From NCBI RefSeq assembly GCF_009914755.1, contig NC_060935.1: DNA of 64,000 bases; one strand, written 5' to 3'. The notes beneath the pieces are model-generated. The model had not been told where the DNA came from and did no database searches. It saw nothing but the letters and a program-made list of their open reading frames with translations. Both the position numbers and the translations under genes were made by a program. Below are positions 40,301 to 64,000 of this stretch, one piece after another. The DNA is from the human T2T-CHM13v2.0 reference genome, Homo sapiens. Numbering within the stretch: the first letter of the stretch is position 1; every line of letters begins with the position of its first letter.

Positions 40301-43300
40301 ATGCTACGTTGCAGCGTATCTTTAATACCTTTTGGGACAGGGATAGAGTTTTGAACCAAAATTATCCCCTATGATCCTAATGACTATAATACCCAATATT
40401 TTTAACAACTAAGTATTAGGTATTACATATTATTATGTTATTCCATGAATGTCTAGGAAATTTAGGTAAAACATTACTACCTCCCCCAAAAACTTCAAAT
40501 TGTCTGATCCAATAGTCCTTTTTGTTTCACCATTAATTTTAGAATGTATATGCATTTTTTATCATAAACCTTTTTCCACAATTTCAGAATATATCATGAC
40601 TCTTATTACACCAAAGAATAGAATATAAAGAAGCTGAGTTTAAAACGTAAGAGTCTTTGCAGGGTAAAGAAAATGACCATATATTTTCAATGTGTTTACT
40701 AATGACTGCAGAGATTAGTTTTGCTTTATAAAGCTGAGAAATACATAGGCAATCAGGTTGACTAGCACAAGATTTTGCTTGAAAATAAATGGCTACATTT
40801 CACATAAAAGAATTATCTAGAAATTATAAAGATTAGAAAACATACAGTTTTATTTAAAGAAATGTCATTATCTAAGTGACTACATCCTTTTGAAAGTAGT
40901 TGCTTTGGCTGAGAAAAAAAGTCCCAAGGGAAAAAATGTATAGACCATGTTAGTAGAAGTGACAGCATCTAAACATCTCTGTTATAGAATGGATAGGGAA
41001 AAGGGATGGAATCAGATAATTCAATAAAACCTAAAATAGTTTACTACTTATTATAGTCAACATGCAAATATTTCCTTTGCTTATCAAACAGTACTTTATT
41101 CAAAGCACTTTCAGATTATCACTCAGTTCTGTTTACAAGTACTTTTTTCTTGTAATACATCTCTATTCTACATTTATATATGCATCTAAGAAACTAGATA
41201 AAAAAGCATATTGAGTTTTAAAGTAAAAATCTGAATAATCACACAGACATGGACCAACATTTATTACAAACAGGAAAAGTGTAGATCTATAAGAAAAGAG
41301 TACAGATTTTTTTTGGTAAAAAGGCTGCAAGCTGAAGTATAGAAATCACCATAATCTATATAATGCAGTAATTGTATCTGCATTTTAAAATCACATTGCT
41401 CAACAGAAAGAAAACATTATAATACAGTAATTTAAATTGCTATGTAAAGGTATTAAAACAGTATCAACAGTGGAAAAGTTTATTTCAATTTAGGACACTC
41501 ATGTTGCATCCTGAGTTCACTTCCATTTTCCAAGAAGAAAGGTCATTTTGAAAAACTGAAATGTATGCTACACAACCCATTATTTATAAGGAAGGAAAAA
41601 CCAAGTATAGAGAAAAGAATTCATCTTTTGTAAAAATTTTAAATAAAACAATCAATTCTCTATATGCTTTTATTAAAGAAATACAGCTTTCACAGACAGC
41701 AAGATACATCGTTGCTATTACCAGCAGCATTACCTTCTTCATTTCTCCTTCAGCCACCAATAAAAAACATGCTTCAGTAAAAAAATTCCTTATGAATGTG
41801 GCCCGATTCAAAACAAATTACTTCTCTAACAATAAGATATTGTAGCTTACATGTTGTCACTCATCACCTAATTACATGAAAAGCTACAGAAACCACAGGC
41901 TGGGTGGGGCAGAACAATTTAAAAGAATATGTCAAAATTCTGTAGGTTTTCTCAATTTTGTGATTATTTAGTGACCTTTTTGATCATTGTAAAAAGTAGT
42001 TCTTTAAAGAGCACTGAGGCTCTGACTGGGGCATTCCACTTAACTCAAGTGTTTAAAACCTCTCATTTATTAAATCCAAAAATATACTAAACTGCATTTA
42101 AGATATCCTTATCCGATTAAATAGCTGGAGACATATTTAAATGTTTCCTTTATTTGAAACTAAGAAGTCACAAAAGTACTTTCATATCATAGTGATATTT
42201 AAACTTTATACTTGATAACTATCACTTTAAGAATAGTCATACAATTAATGACTTGCTCATCTTATAATAATACTGTTAAATCATGTGACCTAGCAGTTTT
42301 GGAATAAAGAGTAGAACAATGTATTTCAGGGAGTGGAGGCAAAATGTTATCTCCTATGTATTATATATAACACCAAAGTAATTTGGCCTAGTTTTTGAAA
42401 TTATATATTAAGAATACACAGAAGTTTGTCCTAAATGCCATTCACTAGAGCAAGATAATTTTACCTCCAACAATTTCCACACTACAGCAAAAAAATGAAA
42501 GCATGTGACAAATTCAGAATGACATTTTAAATCCAAATTTTACATAGCTAAATAGATACTGCTCAACTCTCAGTTATGAGCAAATCTGATGCACTGGCTC
42601 ATATAGCAGCATCATTAACCTTTTTTAAAAGTAATTAATATGCTCTCATTTCCAACTGATGTTTCAAATTTTTTTAAAAAGTTTAATACTTTTTTCCTTT
42701 GACATTTTGTACTTAAATAGGATTTGCAAGGAGTTTCTCTGGGGAAGCAAATTATCTTCCGTTACTAAAGATGTATGTATTTTCTATTAAAAAAAGGTAT
42801 TTGGAGTCACACAAGTTGGCTTAGCAGAATATAAAGAAATGAACATTACAATTTTCCCACCATGAAGTACTGAGTTACAACAAATGTATTAACAAAACTT
42901 TATTTTCTTGAGTGCATACAGAATGTTATGTAAACACTTAAGTATTACTTTCAATGTAAAAACATTCTTATTATCACTTCGGATTTTTAAAAAGTATTAT
43001 AAATAGGTTTGTGTCTTCTCCAGAAATATTAATGGCCACATTGAGTGATATGATCAAAGAAAACTTTAGCCTCTCACAGGCTAAACAAAAATATAGAATG
43101 TGAAAATAAAAAATAAACAGCAAACCAGGAAAGAGAAAAACACAGCTCAGGATATGCATTTCTAAAACCAGCATTCAATTTAAAACCTTAATTCCTAAAC
43201 CAAAAATATAAATTTTAAAAAATATACATATATATTATTTACCATTTGTTCTTAATACATGTTATATATACCTATTTGTGCGCGTGTGTATGTTTGTGTG

Positions 43301-44899
43301 TGTGAAGTAACTGCAAATATTACCAACTAAATAAATCAGGCAACTGCTAGCAGCTCTTCATTTCATTATATGAATTGAGCCTGTTATGTAGACAACTTTC
43401 AGCCCCTTGGAATAACATCTGGTCTTCCTGAAACTTTTTTTTAGGATGCAGTTTGTAACTTACAGCTAGGAAATTGGAGAAACAAACCCATTGTGTTCAG
43501 AGTTACAGAATGGAGTATCTAACTGCCTATTTCAGTTTAACTTACGCTATAATAAAATGCATGAATAATGCCTGAATAATTGAGAAACAAGGAAATTTCA
43601 AAAACTCAGAAAGTTCTACTTCACTATACAAAAACAATTATATATCAATTATTTTCATTTCTGGTGCGTTTGAATTTAAGTCTAATGTGTTTCTAAAGCC
43701 AGACTAGAATGCAGATCAGGTGCAGGTGATCCAGGTTCCTTGTTTTAATGAGTTAATACAAAGCAGCACGGGCTTCAGCATATTTCAGACAGGCCTCACC
43801 TGTTTTGTGCCAAGCTACTTTGGTGATTTAAATATATTAAGGAAAGAAATGGTCCCAGAGGATAGGTGATGAAACTTTAAGGTATGGTCATGGGCCAAAA
43901 CTACCAGACTCCACATAAGGCACAATCTCTCTCATACATACAAACACACAAACATACATACCACATACACAACCACACACACAAAAATAAAACACACACA
44001 GTGTTCCTGCTATTATCCAGTAATTTCCCTCCCCACCAAGTAATACAATCTAAACTATAGCACAAATACAATGAGTACACTGTAGCCTCTATTTAAATCT
44101 GCTATTGGTTGGGTCCATTCTGAGGACATATCACAGATGACACTGTGTTGTGCTGAAGTATATTCAGTACTGCTGATGACCAAAGCCCTTTGAATAGGTC
44201 CAAAACAGACCTAAATATTATCAAATTTCAGGTACAGCAGAAAATGTTATGTTGAGGCTGCAGTGTACTTGATTATGCTGAAAATCTATATCACAAAATT
44301 AATATTAAAAATAAGAGTACTGCATAAGTTACAAAAAGAAATGCGTATAATTTTCAGCTTAATGTGGATATCAGTTATTTACATCTTACCCCTTCCATAT
44401 CATTAATTTATATTAATAACCTGAAAATGACTACTTGGTGCCAATTGTTATTGACACATTAAAACTTTTATTATCATTTTTACTAATTCCAGTCTTCAAA
44501 AATTAACATTTTCCTCCTAACCATAATCATGAATGGGGTCCTTACTCTTTAAAATATACATGCCTGGGTTCAAATTTCAAGATATAAAAAGCAAGAAAAA
44601 AATATCAAAGTATCATTGGGTAAAATTATGATTAAATAGGATTAAATAGGTTTGAATCACATTAGCTTATTCTTGCATAATATAAACTATCTTACAGAAA
44701 AATCGTTAAATTATTGAAGTGCTTACATTGATAAACCATGCATTTTCACAAAATTAAAATGTGAAGTAATTCTTCTCTTAAAATGTTTCATTTCACCAGA
44801 CACTCAAAATACTCTATGAAAAACTAAGTTAACATTTCTGTATTTTCATATACTCCCATTCATATTAGTTTGTAAGTAGGAATAAAAAGAAAAATGAGT

Positions 44900-45085
44900 T
44901 CTAAATAAATGACACAGGAGGCAATAAATTGACACATGACAAGTAAATAAAAGGCTAAAGCACTCCAATACCATTGAAACTGTTTTAATGTTGTTGCAAC
45001 TCCAAAATGCAACAATCATCAGCTTGTAAAAGACCCAAATTTCAAAAATTCATTTTAATTACTCCTTTATACCTATTTTACAAAA
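44900..45085 (-). terminator. CSTF3: Intronic cleavage/polyadenylation site of CSTF3 intron 3
   Basis: Minus strand: TGTA (45079-45082), ATTAAA at 45054-45059 and 44984-44989, then U-rich and TGTG elements (ttttatttacttgtcatgtgtc...cctgtgtc, ~44910-44952). A conserved intron-3 pA site in CSTF3 is established. The exact cleavage base (~44965) is inferred. Confidence 0.8.
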
Positions 45086-45117
45086 TAAAGGTAAGACACA
45101 TTTAAATCCTCCTTGTC

Positions 45118-45204
45118 CTAATTGGCTATGTTCCTAACTTGTTTTCTATCACTACAGTGAATGCTGCAATACTGATATAAGAAAAAATAAAATAAAATAG
45201 TAAC
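45118..45204 (-). CDS. CSTF3: Intron-3 read-through extension of the short intronic-polyadenylated CSTF3 isoform ([28 protein letters not shown], ~103 aa total)
   Basis: In-frame continuation past the exon 3 donor: 28 codons, then TAG at 45118-45120, upstream of an intronic poly(A) signal. Confidence 0.85.
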   Translation of the reverse strand, partial: VTILFYFFLYQYCSIHCSDRKQVRNIAN

Positions 45205-45300
45205 CTCTGCTTCAATGTACAGTTTCCAGAATCTGCCAGAACTGGGGAACTGGGCAACAAGGCGTTCATAAGTCTTCCGTGCTTTGTCTATAGGTTGATT
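45205..45300 (-). CDS. CSTF3: CSTF3 exon 3 ([32 protein letters not shown], aa ~44-75; HAT repeat)
   Basis: 96 nt, phase 0/0. Acceptor caattttag, weak donor GAG|GTTACT. Confidence 0.97.
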
Positions 45301-45422
45301 CTAAAATTGAAAACCAATAAACAGCATTTACAATGTTAGGATTATGAAAATATTATTCACTGCAGAACCAAGTAGTGTGATTGGACCCATAGAGAAGGAA
45401 ATGTAATCCTATATCACTAAAC

Positions 45423-45524
45423 CTGTGCCTCTCGAATGAGAATGCTCCAAGCATCAAGGTCATATGGATTCTCTTCTAATTTCTTTTCCGCTTTCTTCAC
45501 CTTCTCTGGGACATACTCAGCTGC
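45423..45524 (-). CDS. CSTF3: CSTF3 exon 2 ([34 protein letters not shown], aa ~10-43)
   Basis: 102 nt, 34 codons. Acceptor ttttccccag, donor CAG|GTTTAG. Translation matches the CstF-77 N-terminus as I recall it. Confidence 0.97.
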
Positions 45525-45683
45525 CTGGGGAAAAAAAACAACAGTGAACTAAAGTTACTGTTTTAAAAATCTCATGCCTAACTTAATTCATGAACAATAA
45601 AGTCCTCAGATGCAATGTCACATTACAAAGCATAAAAATATCCTCTTATAAAAGAGAAGTGTGTTTCCTAGAACCGATGTGTA

Positions 45684-46014
45684 CAATCGTCCTTCCTTAT
45701 CTGTGGGCTCCGCATCCTTATACTCAACCAAGGGTGGATTGAAAATACTCAGAGAGAAAAAAAAAAGACAGCACTAAACACGTACAGCCTTTTTATTTAT
45801 CATTATTTCCTAAACAACACAGTATAACAACTATTTACATGGCATCTGTATTATATGACGTTATTATAATCTAGATGAGTTAAGTATTTGGGAGGACATA
45901 TGTAAGCTATATGCAAATACATTATTTTTATATAAGAGACACGAGCACACATGGACTCTGGTATCTAAGGGGGTGTCCTGGCAACAATCCCCCACAGATA
46001 CTGAGGGACGATTG
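45684..46014 (-). mobile_element. MER2 (TcMar-Tigger non-autonomous element)
   Basis: Terminal inverted repeats caatcgtcc...ggacgattg, TA duplications on both sides, MER2 internal motifs. Confidence 0.85.
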
Positions 46015-46112
46015 TATTTGTAATCAGAAGTAACTTGCATAAAGATAATAAAACCAAGTGATCAAGTATTTTTTATTCAAATAAACTTACTTTTGTATTA
46101 AATACTATAAAA

Positions 46113-46573
46113 CAGCAGCTCTCAAACTTTATGGTCTCAGGACCCCTCTACGCTCTTAAAATTTAAGAACCACAAAGAGCTTTTATGTGGGTTTTATCAA
46201 TATTTACCATATTAGAAATTAAAACAAATTTAAATATTGATTGATTTACAAATAAAACTTTTTACATGTTTTTTCTTTATAAAAAATAACTTAAAATTCA
46301 GTAATAAGAATGTCGCTTTTTACGTATTTATAAATCCATTCAATGTTTGACTTTTTAAAAGGCAGCTGAATTTTCACATCTGCTTCTGTATTCAATCTGC
46401 TGCCCTATCAGATCATACAGATGCTGAAAAATTCCACTGTATGCCCGTGAGAGATTAGGAGTGAAAAAGGGCAAATAATGTCTTAGATTTATTATGAGAG
46501 AGGTTGAAGTCACAGATCCTCTGAAAGTCCTTAGGAACCCTTGGGGTTCCTGGACCAACTTTGAGAAACACTG
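46113..46573 (+). mobile_element. hAT-Charlie1/MER33-like DNA transposon with both ends
   Basis: TIRs cagcagctctcaaa / tttgagaaacactg. 8-bp TSD remnant ctataaaa / ctgttaaa. Confidence 0.75.
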
Positions 46574-47002
46574 CTGTTAAAGCATTCATCCTGCGCCACA
46601 AAGAAAATGCATGAAATGACATGGAAATCTTATTTCGATGTAAAGAAATTTTAAAAACACAATTCACAATTGTATGTACAATACAATGAAAACTATAAAA
46701 GAAATCTGCAATTAAAGAGATTTTTAAAATATATTCAAATGCTTAGACTGGTCATCCTTGGAAGATAAGCAGTAGAATTAGAGGCTGATTTTTTTTCCCC
46801 TTTTCTTTCAATATTCCCCAAATCCTTTGGTAAGGTAGTTTTACTTTTATTATAGAAATTTAATTTTTGAAAAAAATGCCTAAAATAGTAGCCAGCACTT
46901 GAAGCAAAAATAAAAGTATTAATTCTCAAATTGTTGTTCAGAATACTACTGTGTACCACAAAAAGGGATGGTCAAATAAGCCAGATAAATGTTAATTTAT
47001 AC

Positions 47003-51120
<4,118 letters not shown>

Positions 51121-51762
51121 AATTTTACGTAAACTAGAATTTCAGTCTTGAGATACCGACTATAAAATGATAACGATTAACTAAGAAATAAAACTGATAT
51201 GGGAACCAAAAAACAGTTCATCTATACTTGAACTGCTTTAGGTAATCAGTGATAACAAACACCCAAAACCACTCTGAATCATGGATTTGCTTTGGAAAAA
51301 TGCCAGGGGATGGGGTAGACAAAGAATCCTACAAGGTATGAGTTGTCGATTTCTTTTAGCCTTTCAGTATCACTGAAGAATAAACCTGATATAATCTCAA
51401 ATTTGTTACTAAAACATATGGTCGTTTTTCTCTTGGTATTAAGATTTGTGATTTTTGCCCTCTGAAAGAGGGAAAGGATTGTAGACAAGCAGAATCACTG
51501 CCAAGGTTTACTGCTATAATTGTTTTTACTCTTGATACAAGGTCAATTTTGCATTTAGAGAGCTATTTAAATTACTTTAGTGTTCATAGATATTCTGGAG
51601 CTCAAGACCCACTTGCTCAAATTAACCTACCAAATCAGGTAAGGTATACCATATAATCTGTAAAAGAGACAAACTGAAGAGCATAGAATCTGATATCCAA
51701 CCAAGCATAATCACAATAAGACGTATACATGTCTCCTTAATACATCAAATGAGCCAGCCCTT

Positions 51763-51940
51763 TAGTGATTCTCAATCCTGGCTCTGCATTAGAATCACCT
51801 AAGGGAAGGAGATTTTAAAAGATGTCCAAGCCTCGCCCTCAATCAACTAAACCTGAATCTCTAGGAATGTACATACTATCAATATTTTTTAAAAACTTTT
51901 CAAGTAATTCTAACGTATAGCAGTCCTAGTTGAAAACCAT
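51763..51940. mobile_element. MER5-like hAT MITE
   Basis: agtgattctcaatcctggctctgcattagaatcacc...gttgaaaaccatg. Weaker similar relics at ~38975-39095 and ~57645-57815. Confidence 0.65.
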
Positions 51941-51945
51941 GGCTC

Positions 51946-58935
<6,990 letters not shown>

Positions 58936-60225
58936 TCTTGGCTTAACATATTAGTTCAAATAATTATATTTACCATTATCTGCTTAGTAAACTTGCATAT
59001 TCATCCCCTAGGAAACAAATAGCTACAAAATATAAATTAAAATCTTAACCGTTTGGAACTTAAAAGATGAGACTTCTTTCAAATATGAATAATCCAGATT
59101 TAATACACTAAATAAACTAAGTCAAACATTAGAAAAACATTAATTAGGACACACAGAAGCTTTGCCCTTCTGATTTTATTCAATATTTACTATGTATCCT
59201 AAGTTGTCCATTAATCTAAAGATAGTTTAAACAACTGCCAACTCAAATCCCTTTTTTAGCCCAATTCTCACACCATTACCAACTGTCCAACAAAACAAAA
59301 CAAAAAGACTCAAATTCACAGGTAGGTCCTATCTAAAGAGAAAGATTCAGAGACATGGTAGAAAAGCTTAAAATCACCATCACCAAATCGAAGATTTAAA
59401 AAAAAAAGCTTAAAATCATGAATTGGTATGGGTAATTGTCCAATAGGTAAAAACACCCAAATACAGATTTTGCCCTTCTGAAGGTCTATCTGGGATGTAA
59501 ATGCCTACATTCCCTGAAATAATGTTGAAGGAATGCAGTATCACCTAACACAGTACCTTTCTGCTGTATCTCTAAGAAAAACCCAATTCTCATTCTTTAA
59601 GCACAGAGCAACTTCTCTTAGGAACAACTGTCCCCAAACAGAATATTTGATAATGCTCCAGTTTCCTAAGAAATATCAACAATAAAGATCAAATCAATTT
59701 GCCTGCCCAAAACTGTTACACCAAACAAGCATCACTAAAAATAGGAGGCAGAAAACTAGGAAGGGCTGTTACAGAAAGATTTTGGAAAAAATAAATCCAA
59801 AAAAACACATTGTCCAACACACATAGTTGGCTCTTTCTCTGCCTCTTCTAACCCCTACACATATATGCACCTTGACTAAAATTGGCGATACTGTTACTTC
59901 TAAACAGCTTAAGTACTAATGTTTACCTAACGAAATAAACCAGGTTTCAGGTTTCAATGCTGTGGGTGTTTCAACTTTTTCTTTCCTTATTAATAATAAG
60001 TATATAATAGGACACATACTCTTCATTATTTTCTAAATCTTCCCAAAATTATTTTTCACTAAAAACACGTATTTATGAGCCTAAATGCTCCTTTGTTAAG
60101 AACTACCAGCAATTAATTTGCGCTTCTTAGAATCATGTAGCTTTTCCAAGCTGAGGATCATTTGGCTTGTATTTTAGGCCTTCCAAATTCTAGGATAAGT
60201 TATACATTATTTAAAAGGTGAAATA

Positions 60226-63445
<3,220 letters not shown>

Positions 63446-63927
63446 GGGAGAAATTATTTTTCTATAAATTTTCACCACCATCTGTCCCACTGAAACACCA
63501 CAGTTCTAAAACATTCAAGAGGTCATGGTAACATTTCCGTGTCTTTGTAATTTTAGATAAATTCTAAGAATTAACAATGAATTTCGAAAACTTTCAATGA
63601 AACCTCAGTTCATTAGTCCTTCACTTTCAGATAACAAATACTAGATCAGAAAAGGGGTAAACAGTTTTGATACAGTAATTTTAAGACTTTGCATGCTTGG
63701 GCATGCTAACACTATGTAAAATGTAAATAGTGCGAAGATTTCTGGACTGAAACCAGTCCTCGGGCAAACACAAAACAATTTAATCAAACTGCCGACATAA
63801 TGAAATCTACAGTCTTACAGACTATGCAATAGAACGCTCCTATTTTGCCTCATCTCTGCCAACCTCCAATAACATCTTCCACGTTATAAGCTAGGGAACC
63901 TGAAAAACGAAAACCTAAGTGCATGTC

Positions 63928-63941
63928 GTTGCTATGGCAAT
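63928..63941. promoter_or_regulatory. RFX X-box-like palindrome at the promoter-proximal end of intron 1
   Basis: GTTGCTATGGCAAT versus consensus GTTGCYATGGCAAC (13/14), in non-repeat sequence where CpGs start to increase. Confidence 0.55.
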
Positions 63942-64000
63942 GGGAAATTTCAGGAAATTGAGACTGCAGGCTACCTAGCCTCCATTTTAGAAACTGTATT

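Noticed and set aside
41561-41845. Overlapping 94-aa (+) and 75-aa (-) non-repeat ORFs
   Set aside because: No recognisable homology, domain or splice context, and lengths are within chance range.
41750-41870. Possible box C/D snoRNA on the minus strand (GTGATGA at 41861-41867; CTGA at 41774-41777 or 41750-41753)
   Set aside because: No convincing terminal stem or rRNA-complementary guide of 10 nt or more. snoscan or Rfam would be needed.
41845-41890. 17- or 33-nt cassette ending CAT|GTAAGC
   Set aside because: The acceptor is ambiguous and weak and the exonic donor bases are poor, so it is likely chance.
43759-43822. Short hairpin caaagcagc...gctactttg with inner acagg/cctgt
   Set aside because: Stems are short and interrupted, and cannot be distinguished from background without a folding computation.

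Overview
This is primate, most likely human, genomic DNA covering most of the CSTF3 gene (CstF-77, the HAT-repeat scaffold of cleavage stimulation factor; ortholog of Drosophila su(f) and yeast RNA14) on the minus strand. Thirteen coding exons (2-14, residues ~10-424) can be read with GT-AG junctions and consistent phases. Exon 1 lies beyond base 64000 and exons 15 onward lie before base 1. Intron 3 is 33,232 nt (11973-45204), starts with a weak donor (GAG|GTTACT) and contains the known conserved intronic polyadenylation site used for CstF-77 autoregulation. The rest is AT-rich intron with about 50 Alu elements, old L1/L2/MIR fragments and DNA-transposon relics. Nearly all ORFs in the supplied track are Alu-derived or chance. 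The most interesting unexplained signals lie in the Alu-poor 5' part of intron 3: several stop-containing cassette-exon candidates, an in-frame 21-nt microexon candidate, extra poly(A)-signal clusters, a UG-rich tract and a ~220-nt nested hairpin. These suggest possible extra layers of CSTF3 self-regulation but are untested inferences. Repeat boundaries are approximate (read by eye).
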